This document shows positions 11,283 to 23,005 of a stretch of DNA of 64,000 nt, piece after piece. Location of the stretch: NCBI GenBank assembly GCA_000004985.1, contig GG738855.1; one strand, given 5' to 3'. Origin of the DNA: Naegleria gruberi (Eukaryota). The position numbers were made by a program, and so were the translations under genes. Positions within the stretch are counted from its first letter, which is position 1. Each line of letters starts with the position of its first letter. Below the pieces are notes generated by a model. The model saw only the letters and a program-made list of their open reading frames with translations, was not told the DNA's origin and did no database searches.

Positions 11283-11972
11283 ATGTTTGGTGAAGGAAGA
11301 AAAGAAAAAATGTCATCAAGCAACAACACTCATTCATCATCATCTTCCCTTCTCTTGGATATTGAAGACAATTTGAACAAAAAGAAAGAAAATTCAAATC
11401 CTATTAGTAAACCATCCTTTCTCAAATTATCACAGCAACAAGATGGCACAAATGAAGGAATGCCTAGATTTGCTCCTTCCGAGCTCTTGTCCAGACTACA
11501 AAGCTTTTTACCACAAATTAAAGAAGCAAACGAAAAGCTAGAAAGTGGTGAAGTTGAAGGCTTTTCGGATTGTGTTGAAATTATTGAGAATGATGATGAG
11601 GAGGAACAAGATGGTGCTCAACTTCAAGAGGAAAATTATAATGATGAAGAAGAATCCGAACATAAACCCTATGTGGAGATGAATGTAGTATTGGGAGTAT
11701 TAGAACAAAAACAAAAAACAAGCCTAATTACAGATATAGATGGACCAACAGAGGATGAACAAAAATTGGAAGAAAAAGATGAAGTTGTAAATTTGAGAAT
11801 TGGAAAGGATTTTACTCCACAAGAAAGCAAAAATATTGAACAGGATATGGTGGCATATATGAATATTATGAATTCTCTTCTCGGTTCTTCATCAGCATTG
11901 AAAAGAAAACGAGTAGAGGACAACAGTGATAGTGGCAGTAGTGGTGATAGTAGTGACAGTGATCAAGATTAG
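11283..11972 (+). CDS. hypothetical acidic, Ser-rich protein
   Basis: 229-aa ORF with an acidic low-complexity composition and a C-terminal DSGSSGDSSDSDQD tail. No recognisable domain. Confidence 0.35.
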   Translation: MFGEGRKEKMSSSNNTHSSSSSLLLDIEDNLNKKKENSNPISKPSFLKLSQQQDGTNEGMPRFAPSELLSRLQSFLPQIKEANEKLESGEVEGFSDCVEIIENDDEEEQDGAQLQEENYNDEEESEHKPYVEMNVVLGVLEQKQKTSLITDIDGPTEDEQKLEEKDEVVNLRIGKDFTPQESKNIEQDMVAYMNIMNSLLGSSSALKRKRVEDNSDSGSSGDSSDSDQD

Positions 11973-13420
11973 AACATTACATTTGCTACATATTTACGTT
12001 TCAAGTATTCAGCCATGGTTCTATCCTCTTTTGCTAATTCTGTTTGACCCAATGCCTCATAGGCTTCGCATCTATCTCTGAAAGCAGGGAAGAAGGTATT
12101 ATCAATATTAATTGCTTCAGTATTGTCATTTACACATTTCCAATACTCCTTCTTTCTGAAATATGACAGACCTCTCTTATTAAGTGCATTGACCTTGTAT
12201 TGTTTCAATATTTGTGCATTTGCTGGATTCTTCTTTAAACAAGTGTCAATATATTCCATACAGTATGCGAAATGAGAACGTGCCATTTCATGATCCTCAT
12301 ACTTTGTGTAAGCAATACCTAATTTCACCAAAATATCCACATAAACTGCATTAAAATCAATATTATTTCCTTTGGCAACACAATCCTTCACAAATAAATT
12401 AAAGTGATCAATAAATCTATTGTAGAATGAAAGAGCAACTTGATCATTACCCAATTTTGAGTGACAATCACCAGCATTCATCTCTGCATGGTATTCAGTT
12501 GGATCTATCTTTAAGATCTTATCATAACAACTGACTGCCTCTTTCAGATAATTTTCTCTTTCTTCAACTCGTGTGATTGGCAAAATTTTGGATAATTCTT
12601 CCAAAAAGATACCCTTAGCATAGAGTAGTCCACAATGTGTGTCGTCCTTTTCAATTGCTCCAGAAACGAGCTTGATTCCCTCCTTCAACATGTCAGTTTT
12701 TTGACTGAGGTCATACCTCTTATCTTGTGAAATTGATAACAAGTTGTAAGATAATTTTTCAATAATAGTTGAGGCCAAAACCGATCTATTTTCACACAAT
12801 TCCAAAGATTTTTCGAGAATTTGATTGGCTTCATTAATATTTCCAGTAGCTACATAACAATCATGTAAATTTACACAAATGTCAGAAATTTCATATTTTG
12901 TCAAAGATTCAGTTGGGATCTTTTCACATTGTTCCAGGTAGAATGATCTTAATTCCTCAAATAATGGCTTTGATTTTTCATATTCTCCCAAAGAAAAGAA
13001 CATTGTGCCAAGAAGTTCTTTCAGCTTGTAAATACTGACTTGGTAATGTTCATCACTTTCATCAATTTCTTCCGAAAAAGTAACAATTTTCTTTTCCAAA
13101 TACTTGATGGCATCCTTGTTATCTAAAACCCAAAATTCCTCTGCATTCTTAGCAGCATCACTAATCTTTTTCGAAAGTATTGATTCGTGAAATGGTGCCT
13201 GTATGAGGTGTGATGGTTTTTCTGGTTTTAAATTTGGATTTGTATCGATGGCCTTGTTGGACAAACCTGGCTTTTGATTTAATACCACACCACCATGATG
13301 AAGTGAGAAAGTTTTCAATTGTACTCTAGTATTTCCGAAAAATGTCAATGATGAAGAAGTTTTATAAAGACGATTGAGTCTGAGAATGCTTTGTCCAATC
13401 TTTTTCATTTTTTCTTTCAA
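11969..13420 (-). CDS. TPR-like helical repeat protein
   Basis: 483-aa ORF with repeated roughly 34-aa amphipathic helices (A..Y/F..G pattern). Its stop overlaps the stop of the convergent upstream gene by 4 nt. Confidence 0.45.
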   Translation of the reverse strand: MKEKMKKIGQSILRLNRLYKTSSSLTFFGNTRVQLKTFSLHHGGVVLNQKPGLSNKAIDTNPNLKPEKPSHLIQAPFHESILSKKISDAAKNAEEFWVLDNKDAIKYLEKKIVTFSEEIDESDEHYQVSIYKLKELLGTMFFSLGEYEKSKPLFEELRSFYLEQCEKIPTESLTKYEISDICVNLHDCYVATGNINEANQILEKSLELCENRSVLASTIIEKLSYNLLSISQDKRYDLSQKTDMLKEGIKLVSGAIEKDDTHCGLLYAKGIFLEELSKILPITRVEERENYLKEAVSCYDKILKIDPTEYHAEMNAGDCHSKLGNDQVALSFYNRFIDHFNLFVKDCVAKGNNIDFNAVYVDILVKLGIAYTKYEDHEMARSHFAYCMEYIDTCLKKNPANAQILKQYKVNALNKRGLSYFRKKEYWKCVNDNTEAINIDNTFFPAFRDRCEAYEALGQTELAKEDRTMAEYLKRKYVANVMF

Positions 13421-13465
13421 TTTTAATATTAAATAATTTATGATGAATACGAAATTATTAAAAAA

Positions 13466-14650
13466 ATGTCCTTTCTCTCATCACAATATCAACCAACATC
13501 TGATAATAATTCATCGGCATCAAGCCGATCATCAATTTCCATGTTTCAGCCAACATTCTTTGAAATAATGACACAGGAAAGAATGATTTCTGGATTAAAA
13601 TCAGCGCTCCGATACATCTTGTCAATGGCTGCACAACGCAATTTTAGATATTTGAACATTTTGAAATATTATGATGAATTATTTGGAATACTTCAACTTG
13701 TGATCGAGAGACATTTTCTCTCAAATTTTGACTCTTCTTTTGCCGAGCATTTATTTGGATTGAAACGAGTGGATGCAAATCAATTTACACCTGATAATCA
13801 ATCAAAACCTTCATTTCTTACCAGCAAACAGAGAGCACAAAGTCTTGCATATCTTGTCTTTGTTCCTTATATAAAGGATAAATTGGAAAATTTATATGTT
13901 GATTTGAGAAGAGAGCATGCCTTGTCAGATATTAGAAATTCTACAGAATTGGATAATTCAATTATTCCTTCGGAAATGCTGCAAGAGGAGTCAAGTAATA
14001 TGGGATATCATAGATTTTCAAAAATTGTTAGGACATACTTTATGAAATTATGGCCATATATTAGTACTGCCTATGAGGGCTCTCATTTCTTTTTCATGTT
14101 CCTCTATCTGTTAAAGAGAGATTTCAAATATCATAATCCTTTCATGTATTTGATTGGACTATGTCTTAAGAGATTATCACCATCAGAACATGTACAACAT
14201 TTGAGTGCTATGAATATCAAGAGAAATAATCTCATTGAATCTTTCAAAAAATTGGGGGGAAATTTATTTGGATCTCTTTTTGGTTACATTATCAAATTTT
14301 TATACTCAATTTCTGATTACTCAACTCATTTACTCTTAGCAATAGCCTTCCTTTTCAAATTCTTTGAATGGTATTTCAATAATGAATCATCACTTCTCAC
14401 AAAGGGAAATATCATCATTCCACCTCCACCTTCACAACCAGAGAGAACTCCAGGAGGTCTAGAAATACCAACAAACCCAAGATTATGTCCATTGTGTAAG
14501 AAGGAAAGAAGAAATGCCACTTTATTGACAGTTTCTGGCTTTGTATTCTGTTACAAGTGTATTCAAAATCATTTGATAAGTCATTCAACCTGTCCAATCA
14601 CACTCTCTCCCTGTAACAAATCACATCTTGTAAAGATATTTGAAAATTAG
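13466..14650 (+). CDS. PEX12: peroxin PEX12 (RING-type peroxisomal import ubiquitin ligase subunit)
   Basis: The N-terminus matches the PEX12 Pex2_Pex12 domain (PTFFEIMTQERMISGLKSALRYI...FAEHLFGLKRV). The C-terminus is a degenerate RING (CPLCKKER...CYKCIQNH...CP). Confidence 0.8.
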   Translation: MSFLSSQYQPTSDNNSSASSRSSISMFQPTFFEIMTQERMISGLKSALRYILSMAAQRNFRYLNILKYYDELFGILQLVIERHFLSNFDSSFAEHLFGLKRVDANQFTPDNQSKPSFLTSKQRAQSLAYLVFVPYIKDKLENLYVDLRREHALSDIRNSTELDNSIIPSEMLQEESSNMGYHRFSKIVRTYFMKLWPYISTAYEGSHFFFMFLYLLKRDFKYHNPFMYLIGLCLKRLSPSEHVQHLSAMNIKRNNLIESFKKLGGNLFGSLFGYIIKFLYSISDYSTHLLLAIAFLFKFFEWYFNNESSLLTKGNIIIPPPPSQPERTPGGLEIPTNPRLCPLCKKERRNATLLTVSGFVFCYKCIQNHLISHSTCPITLSPCNKSHLVKIFEN

Positions 14651-14701
14651 TACTAACTGAAATAACAGTCTAGGAGCTATCTGTTACTACTCAACAAAAA
14701 T

Positions 14702-14717
14702 AGTTTCCCGCCAATCA
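14702..14717. promoter_or_regulatory. TTTCCCGCCAATCAG, an E2F-like core fused to a CCAAT box, about 300 bp upstream of CEP41
   Basis: Direct observation. TTTCCCGCC is the reverse-orientation E2F consensus. CCAATCAG resembles an NF-Y site. Confidence 0.35.
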
Positions 14718-15014
14718 GAGTACAAATTTCAAATCAAAAAAAAATTCAACTTTGGATTTTTAATCTCCATTATACTGCACTGTTGTATTATGAGCTGCTA
14801 TTTTAAACCTATTGGTGATGCTAAGGTAGGTTGGGAATATATTGTATGATGATGATGGTCTAATTATTCTTTTGTTTTAATTTAAATCAAAATAACAACA
14901 ATAGATTTTGGAGAAGAAGGCACCATCAAGTGTTTGTTTTAAAGATGTAAGATCATCACTGGATACAGGAAAAGTAAAAAAGAAGGATGATTCAGGTAAG
15001 TTCAAAGATCTTGA

Positions 15015-15787
15015 ATGTTTCCGAACATTACTTTCCTAACAACAGGCGATTCTAAATTATTTAAAAAAGTTGAAAACTTTAAGAGAATGAAAGGAACTGA
15101 ATTAATGAAACTCATTCTTCTCAAATTAAATTCGCAAAATAACACCTCACAAACAGAGCCTCTAGAACATGCTCCACCATCACCAAGTGGATCAAAAAGC
15201 TTGTATTCATCTATGGCTTCTTGCACATTCTCTGAAGCCAAATTAGCAGTGCATCAATCTGATCCAATCCTTGTAAAAACCAGATTGAAGGAAGATGTTC
15301 ATGATGTGGATAATATGGTACTCTTATTGGATGTTAGAGATACAGATGAATATTCAGTATGTCACATCCAGACAGCTTATAGATATCCAGCTGCTACAGT
15401 GAATAGAACTGTTAATCCATTTACACCTGAAATGCTTTCTTTTGTAAGTGTTTAAATCTTTAAAATTGGAACCTTATTGGAATTATTAAGAAAAATCATC
15501 CTCTCAAAAAAATTGTAATATATGACAGGGACGAAAAGATTGCTTGTCCTGCTGCCAACCTTCTCTTTGAAAAGGGTTTTGATAATATTGTAGTTCTTAG
15601 TGGAGGCTTACAAGAATTCTTCCAAAAACACCCAGAGCTCATTGTTGGAGAAGTGCCAAAGGAATGGTATCCTCCTGTTCTAAAGAAGAAAACAAGACCT
15701 CCTTCTGTCGCTAGCTTGAACTCAACAAAGAAGGCTTCGATTACAAAAGAGAAGACGAAATCAACAGGACCAAAACCATTCAAGTAA
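15015..15787 (+). CDS. CEP41: centrosomal/ciliary protein CEP41 (inactive rhodanese domain), join(15015..15443,15491..15787)
   Basis: [41 protein letters not shown]|[41 protein letters not shown] aligns with human CEP41 across the splice. The 47-nt intron has a GTAAGT donor. An additional 5' exon is possible. Confidence 0.75.
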
Positions 15788-16006
15788 TTTAGAGGCAGTT
15801 TTTGTCAAGCAAAGACTTCAATTTGTGCATTAAATTCGCAGCGATGTTAACTCGTGTAACATCATTGATAAATACCAACAACAAGAACACGAATAAATTT
15901 TAAATTATGTTTTATTGTTTGATGATGATTAGGAAAAGGTGTTGGGTGGTAGAGAGGGAAAATTGAGAGTGAGTAAATAATCTGAGATTATTAAACATTG
16001 AAATGT

Positions 16007-16351
16007 TTAGAAACCGTGGACTTTAAGAGATTCCTTGGTGACAATACCTTCTTCGAGCAAAAATTCAGAAATATTGCCTCGTTGATCTCCAGAAACTTGG
16101 ATAACTTTACCTGCCTTTTCATCTTCTACTATTGTTCCGTTGCAACAGAATTTATGCTTGACACCACTGATGAATTTCTTAAACTTGAAATTACGAGGCA
16201 ATCCTTCAACAATAGTAACACATTTTCTACCGTTACGCTTTTGGACTCTGATGTGAACGAAGTTTTGTTCAGTAACAGTGGTTGAAAGTTGGTTGTTGTC
16301 TGCGGAATCTCTGAAAGGATCGAATGTTTGGAAGTTTTGAATTTCAGACAT
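16007..16351 (-). CDS. SUI1: translation initiation factor eIF1 (SUI1)
   Basis: MSEIQNFQTFDPF...HIRVQKRNGRKCVTIVEGL...IQVSGDQRGNISEFL...LKVHGF is near-identical in pattern to eIF1. The first ATG is at 16351, and the track start at 16366 is a TTG. Confidence 0.9.
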   Translation of the reverse strand: MSEIQNFQTFDPFRDSADNNQLSTTVTEQNFVHIRVQKRNGRKCVTIVEGLPRNFKFKKFISGVKHKFCCNGTIVEDEKAGKVIQVSGDQRGNISEFLLEEGIVTKESLKVHGF

Positions 16352-16513
16352 GATGATGCGATGCAATATTTTTTTGTGTTTTTTATTTAAAAAAATAATA
16401 TTACTTGTTTTTTATTGATGATTATTTTTAGTTTGACAAAGTCCATTTGAAATTTGTTATGCTCTGTTTACAATTCAAATTAAAGATGTAAGCCGATTCT
16501 AAAATATTAGCAT

Positions 16514-17152
16514 CTATTGACTGGTTGAAGTACCATTCTTATTTTCAATATCTTTTTTAATGTAAGAGAAATTAGCTTCGAGCTCTCTTTCCAATTCTTG
16601 TTCCTTCTCTTCACTCTTTTTAATCTTGTCATTGAACTTTTTAACCTTGGCTTCCAAATTCTTCCTCTTTACAGCCCAAATCAATAAACAAACAGAAATA
16701 AACAGAACACCAAATGCACGAATACCTCTATAAATAACCTTCTTTAACATGACTTCTGCATCCTTACGGGATTCCAATTCTTTTTGTAACATTTCTCTCT
16801 TTTGTTTCAGACTTTCGGCAGAGTCCATGATGAGAGAAGCTGTCGATTGCAAATTAAAAACATTTTCTGATGTTGTTGATTGTTCTGATGAGGTATTGGT
16901 TTGTTGTTCGTTGGTTGTTGTGGTAGGTTCTTGGGCTGGTGAATTTTCTACCACTGGTTCCGATAATGTTGAGGTTTTTTCTTCTTTACTTTCTGATTGT
17001 TCTGATGAGGTATTTGTTGTTGTTGTATTATTGGATAATAATCTATTAGAAAATTGAGTGGAAAAACATCTTGATGAGAAGGTAGTGGCCAATCTTTGGT
17101 TATATCCTGTTGGCAATCGGAGTAATTGTTTGGTAAATTGTCGTGATAACAT
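16514..17152 (-). CDS. hypothetical mitochondrial-type membrane protein (presequence-like N-terminus, T/S-rich region, one TM helix, C-terminal coiled coil)
   Basis: 212-aa ORF. It has a basic, hydroxylated N-terminus without acidic residues (MLSRQFTKQLLRLPTGYNQR), a TM helix AFGVLFISVCLLIWAV, and a KKSEEKEQELERELE tail. Confidence 0.35.
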   Translation of the reverse strand: MLSRQFTKQLLRLPTGYNQRLATTFSSRCFSTQFSNRLLSNNTTTTNTSSEQSESKEEKTSTLSEPVVENSPAQEPTTTTNEQQTNTSSEQSTTSENVFNLQSTASLIMDSAESLKQKREMLQKELESRKDAEVMLKKVIYRGIRAFGVLFISVCLLIWAVKRKNLEAKVKKFNDKIKKSEEKEQELERELEANFSYIKKDIENKNGTSTSQ

Positions 17153-17248
17153 TTTTTTGTTGTGAATTTAAAAATTGAAAATTATTACACAAGTACCTGC
17201 AAGGTAAATTGAAAATCTAAATCATTTCTTTAGGGTTTTATGGTACAA

Positions 17249-18123
17249 TTAATGAGAGAGTAAATTCAAACGATCTTTCCATGCTGTATCTGCCGAGTGG
17301 AAGGTAATAATTCTCTTTTCGTCTTGCTCATCTGCCACTTCAGAGTTCATGTCTGTATCGACTGGTTCGAAAATAATACAGAGAATGTGACATTTGGTTG
17401 TGTCTGACATGGCATCTTTGATGATAGTGTGATGTGGTTGCTTCATCACATCTTCTTCCAATAATCTATTTCCCCATTCAATGAGCGAAATTCCACTTGA
17501 AAAAACAGATGGTAAATCCAATCTATCAAATCGTTCCAATCTATAGAGGTCAATATGATGAATAGGACTATTAAATTATTATATTTGTTAAATTAAAATT
17601 CATTGTAATAATACGAAACTTACACTTTCTTGCTCGTCATTTTGGATTCGTAAATATTATCTAGCAAAAATGTTGGTGATGGAACATTGAGATTCATATC
17701 CTTTTCCAATACTCTGATAACGTGTCTTGCAAAAACAGATTTTCCACTTCCCATATCACCAATTAATAAGACAACATCTGTAGATTCCAACATGGATGAA
17801 AATCTTTCGGCCAAATTTCTAGTTTCTTCAACTGAATTGACAACAAAAGTTGCTTCAAAATAGGTGGGAGTGACCTGGGATGGTATTTCTCTAGCCGAAT
17901 ATTTATAATCATCCATTTTCTGTTGCTTTTTCAACTCTGGCCCATTTAAACAAGAGTGAGTACTGAATGTTCTTTCTCCGATGAATTTTGTAGATTGATT
18001 CCAATTAGTGGTAGTCCAGTTGGCCGCACTTCCAAGTATAAACTTTCCATTGTTTTTGGTGATGGATTGAATTTGATGGATGAGATTGATACTTCTTCTT
18101 CTGCTGCTGTTGCTCGATAACAT
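17249..18123 (-). CDS. tsaE: TsaE/YjeE-family P-loop protein (bacterial t6A tRNA-modification component), complement(join(17249..17567,17624..18123)). A long N-terminal extension suggests organellar targeting.
   Basis: It carries the P-loop LIGDMGSGKSVFARHVIR, then VPSPTFLL, then IHHIDLYRL, then ISLIEWG, which are the TsaE signature blocks. They are split by a 56-nt intron with a GTAAGT donor. Confidence 0.7.
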
Positions 18124-18477
18124 ATTGATTAATGGACAATAGAAGTCTACTACTGTGTGTGTTAATCAAAAATGAAGCTTTGAGGCAAGTTAAAGTTGTG
18201 TGATGATATTTTTTTTTTGTATGAAAGAAGGGTTTGATTCTGATCTTGTTTGTGTGGCTTAGAGTCTATTTATACAATGAAGCCGAAAATAGGAAGTATT
18301 ATTCAAGAATGTACTTGATAAATGACTACTTTAAATAATTTGATTTTACAATGCAAAGTATCATCTACAGAGAGTTTCTATTAAAAGTCAACTCTTGTCG
18401 AACTAAAGTATTTATCCTGTAGAACACAATGATGGAAATTAGTCATCTCCTTGTTCAGGAATAAGTATTTATTAAGC

Positions 18478-19865
18478 TTACTTTTCATAAATTCTATGCA
18501 AATAAATGGTTAGTGGTTCATATTGATCAGTGGCTTCTTCAATGTCAAAACAGTAAGCTTTTGGATATTTTGGTGGTTCTTTTGAAGAGATAGATAGTCC
18601 CTCTGATTCGGCCTCTACTCTTGATATTCCACAAAATGTTTGAAGAGATTCAACAAGGGATGTTGCATTTTCACTCAAAGGATACTCAATTGAATCATTT
18701 TCTGCCTTCTTTCTCCTTTCGTTTGTATAAATTGCTTGTTGATGAAAGGAAAAAATGTTTTCTTTAGTTTCTGATAAGGCAACATCTATTTTGATTCCAC
18801 TCCATTCAGTATCATACTCCTCTGAATCAAATCTATTATCCCTTATTGTAAAGTAGTGTAAATTATCCTTATTGGGAGTATCACATGATTGTCTCATCAT
18901 TTTCTTGAGGAGATCAATAGGAGAACGGTCAATTTGAATTTTCATTGAACGATTGCCAGAGAGAGAACCATCCCAACTACGTAATTGACCCTTCTTGATT
19001 TGTACTGGCTTGTTTGGTTTAACCTTGAGTTTCCAACTCAAAATCATTTCATCTGAATTACCTCCAGGATATCGACTGAATAAAAATTAATAAACTCATT
19101 GAATTAAGAAACATACTCTAGTGCCATGAATAGAATACTGATTGATAGTGAGCAATTCTTCTTGTACTCTTCAACAACAGATGGTAGATTTGAGGTTAGG
19201 TGAACACTAAATCTAGGATCCACCTTCTTACTTCTCATCACTTGTACAAACTCATTTCTATTCATCATATCACAAATGCACGAGTTAAACTTTCCATACA
19301 TTCTAGAATTCAACACTGCCAAATTTGCAAATGATTCAGCATTGAGAAACTTTGAAATTTCATAAATCAAATCATTGGTAAACTCTTCCAATGCACTTGT
19401 TCGTGTGAGTGTTGAGCTTGACATTTTAATCTTTTTAGAAAGATTTTCCTCTTCATCAATTGTAATTTCCAAACTTCTCTTCTTCTCTTGTTTTAACAAT
19501 TCCTCAATTCTTTTCTTATCATTGGCTTTTAATTTTTTTAATCCGTGTATTTCGTGATTCTTCAATTTTTCAACCAAATCATCATCTTTGATATATTCTA
19601 AATTAAATATTATTTGTTATTGATGATGATGGTGGTGTGTGATTATAAAGTATTTACCTTCAAAATTGTACCATTCTGGATAATTTCCACCAAAACTATC
19701 AACCTCTGATCTGACAATCTTTCCAATCCTAAGAACACTTTGTGGAATATTCTTGCCAGTCAACTTGCATTTTGATCGGCTTGATTTACTGTACTCGATC
19801 ATATAATCACCTAGTGGTGGAAATTCAGGCATTTTTTCTTGTGTTTTCTTTCTGTTTGCAAACAT
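18478..19865 (-). CDS. hypothetical protein of three exons, complement(join(18478..19075,19117..19597,19658..19865))
   Basis: Three track ORFs join in frame through a 60-nt intron (GTAAAT donor) and a 41-nt intron (GTATGT donor). The ATG is at 19865. No confident domain. Confidence 0.45.
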
Positions 19866-20151
19866 TTCTGGTTTTTATCTGTGGCCACTGGATGGTTGTT
19901 TGGAAGTAAAAGAATAGAAATTGTAAACTAATGAAAAGTGCGCGCAACGGGATGTGTTTGTGTTGTTTCTGCGAGTCAATTTTGTAAAACTCATGCTGGG
20001 GTTGAATTTATTTTGATACAATGTTATTGAAAAAGCTGACAAACAAACCTTATTGGAATATTTCACACACCACAAAAGAAAATTAGGAATCACAAATTGA
20101 TAAGGACCTTAACGATTCTTACTATACGCACATCAATAGTGAAAACAATAT

Positions 20152-20757
20152 TTATTGAGAGTAATAATCCTTTCTTGGTTTCCAAGTTTTCATTAGTTCA
20201 TTCTTTTGTTTCAAATTCTTAATAGCCTCATTTGGGTCAATAATTGCTAAATATCCAAAATTGAGTGGATGAGTTTGACACAAAGATGGTGTAGCTGTTT
20301 CAGATAATCTCTGATTGACCTCTACTAATTTTCCTTTCACATATGATTGTATTTCCAATGAGCAAATTGTTTCTGGAGACTCATTTGAGGCATATTCAAT
20401 TTTACAAATTATTGTGTTTGGTTGAATTGAGTGACATGGTAATTTTTGTTTGTTCTTTTTTCCATTGTTGTTATTTTGTTGTTTGACCTCCTTTGGTTTT
20501 TCATCATCCTCCATGGCATTATCGGATGGTGTTGTTGTAGTTGGTGGTTGAATTGGAAAATGCACTTTTACTACTCGGAAAGTATTTTGGCAAAGAAAGT
20601 GCTTCGGAGATAAACAAATCACAAATAAACCATTCTTATGTTCTTGAATACATAAATCATAATTTAAAATTGGGTCATTACTGGTTGTTGCAGGTTGAAT
20701 ATAGTAATCATCAATATTCTCGTTGATTAAAAGTTGGGTACGTTCACATTTACTCAT
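20152..20757 (-). CDS. hypothetical protein
   Basis: 201-aa ORF with an ATG start. It has a Cys/His-containing N-terminal half and an N/K-rich linker. Confidence 0.35.
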   Translation of the reverse strand: MSKCERTQLLINENIDDYYIQPATTSNDPILNYDLCIQEHKNGLFVICLSPKHFLCQNTFRVVKVHFPIQPPTTTTPSDNAMEDDEKPKEVKQQNNNNGKKNKQKLPCHSIQPNTIICKIEYASNESPETICSLEIQSYVKGKLVEVNQRLSETATPSLCQTHPLNFGYLAIIDPNEAIKNLKQKNELMKTWKPRKDYYSQ

Positions 20758-20784
20758 TTTTTTAAATTAATTTTAAATTATTAA

Positions 20785-22906
20785 TTATTTATTGAGAGTG
20801 AATTTCTTTCGTTGTTGCTGAGAGTAAGCTAGTGTATTATACATGTTCTTGATTTCTGCTAATTGACGTTTCAATTGATCATTTTCTTCAAGTAATCGTT
20901 TCTGTTCTTCTTCTAATTCTGATTGTTGTGCTTCTGGGTCTAATCTTGGTGGAGTTCTTTGTCTAATAGATGGTAGCTCAAAGCTCGAAGATAATTGTGA
21001 AGATTCTCCTAGTTTATCCTTGAGTGCAGTTATGTGTTGTTCATAATTTCTTTTCTGTGTTTCAATAATTTCTTGGTAGGTCCTGATTTCCTCTTCCTTA
21101 GATCGTTTACTATGCTCAATTGTGAGTTTAAGAGCTTCATTTTCATCTCTGAGGAGCATTATTTCTTCCTGGAGTTGTGATGTTGAAGGATAATCGAACG
21201 TATTTCTTTCTCCTTTCAAGAATTGACATTTTCTTTCCAGTTCTGAAGTTTGCAATCGTTCTTTCATCAGTATTTCATTAGTCTCGTTCAGCTTTTGCTC
21301 CAGCTCTGTTATTTTAGATCCAGTAACTTTTTTAAGTTCTTTCAACTTTTCCAATTCTATAGTTGTAATAGTGAGTTTTAATCTTAATTCCTCATCCGGT
21401 GTGGTATTGGAAATTGGCTGTTTGAGATCGAAACTAGTATTTTGAAATTGTAGAGTGTCTAGTGCTCTTCTACTTGTGCTTTGAAGCTCATTTTTCAAAT
21501 ATTTGATGATTTCATCCTTTTGTTCAATGTCTTTGCCCTATAGAAAATATTAAGCAAAGCTTCATTAAAAGTACTACCTACCAGCCTTTTGATTTCTTGC
21601 TCTAATTGTGGAGCAGATGGTATAGATGCTCCAGATTTTGGCCTTCTTTTCTTTAAATTGTCAATTTCTGCTTTCAACAAATCGACAAGCTTGTTGTCAT
21701 TCTCGGATTTCTCAATCATTCTGGCCTGTTTGGCCTTAATCTCATTGTAGGTCTTTTCTAAAATTTTGTTTCTAGCCACAGATGCATCCAACTTATTCTT
21801 GACAGCTTTGATTTCTTCCACTTTTTCAGTAATTTCTTTTTTCAAATCGACAACTTCATTCCTTCTTTCTTGTTCAAGTTTTTCAATTGCTTTTCTTTGC
21901 CTCTCATCCACAGAAACAGTAGATAGTGTTGAAATGGAGCTGTTTTCATTGGCAGAGACTGATTGAGGAGATATACTATTAATTGTTGATGAGAGAGGAC
22001 TTGGAATATTTGAAATTGTAGGAGAAGAGATTGTTTGTGATTCTAACTTCTTTTGGAGATCCTTGACCTTATTTTTAAGTAAATAAATTTGTTGAGCTCT
22101 TCCTCTAAACCCGTCGCTATTGGTAAGAAGTGAATCAATCGACAAGTCATCACCAACTTCTTTTTGAATAAGAGCTCTCAGTTTCAAATTTTCATTCTTG
22201 TGCTTTTCTCCTTGCTCTCTAAGCATTTTCATTCGTTTCTCATAAGTTGCAGCCCTTTCTTTAAATTGTTTAAGTAATTTCATTGTTTCATCCTCTCCGT
22301 CCTCTTCTTCCACAGATCCTGAATTGGTTTCATTTAAGTTTTCCCTCACCTTAGAACTAAAATGTCTCAGATTGTTATTATTTGTGACTGTTATTGATCG
22401 ACTCGATTGTTGTAATTGTTGTACCTGTTGAGTAAGAACTGCAACTTTAGACTTTTCCTTATTCAATTTTACAATTATATTCTTATTTTTTTTTGCCAGC
22501 TCAATGAGCTTTTTGTCTCTCAAGTCTATTAATTCCTCCGAATCTTGATCATGAAGTCATTAAATTGAATCTTGTTGTAATATTACATACCATCCAAAAA
22601 CAAAGCTTCTACTTCTCGGTTTGTATTCCTCAACTCTTCCACAACTTCTTTTAAATCTCGTATTTCACTCTCCTTTGCTTCAAGCTCCTCTAGGAGAGAT
22701 TTATTTACATCTGGAGAGCCTTCCATTGCAAGTTTATCCAACTTGGCATAGGATGATGGTTTGTTGTTTCCTAAATCCTCAATATTTGGAGGAGTTTCGT
22801 CTCCGCTACTATTCTCTTCATCCAATTCCTTTTTTTTGATGATCTCCTTTGATTTTAATTCTTGTTTTGATGACGATTTTTGTAGTTGTTGTTTACTTGT
22901 CGACAT
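20785..22906 (-). CDS. long coiled-coil protein, complement(join(20785..21537,21582..22543,22591..22906))
   Basis: Three track ORFs join in frame through a 44-nt intron (GTAGGT donor) and a 47-nt intron (GTATGT donor). The product is continuous heptad-repeat sequence. Confidence 0.6.
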
Positions 22907-22925
22907 TTTTTTATTTGAATGAAAA

Positions 22926-22941
22926 TTGTACTCTACTTTTG
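22926..22941. promoter_or_regulatory. E2F-like site TTTTGGCGGGAAAG immediately upstream of the coiled-coil gene ATG at 22906
   Basis: Perfect TTTGGCGGGAAA 20-35 bp upstream of the ATG. Confidence 0.4.
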
Positions 22942-23005
22942 GCGGGAAAGTTTATTCAACCTCCCAACTGTTATCAAGACTTAAAACAGAGGAAATATAT
23001 TTTGA

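Noticed and set aside
14940-15014. A one-codon first exon (ATG|GTAAGA) or another upstream mini-exon for CEP41
   Set aside because: Several GT/AG combinations were tried and none restored the about 35 N-terminal residues present in metazoan CEP41 in frame. The simple model starting at the 15015 ATG is retained. An upstream exon may still exist.
19617-19865. Resemblance of exon 1 of the 18478..19865 gene to a PARP-type zinc finger (EYSKSSRSKCK...PEWYNF)
   Set aside because: Only one of the three cysteines and neither of the required C/H ligands of the Cx2Cx28-30Hx2C pattern is present, so the spacing similarity is probably fortuitous.
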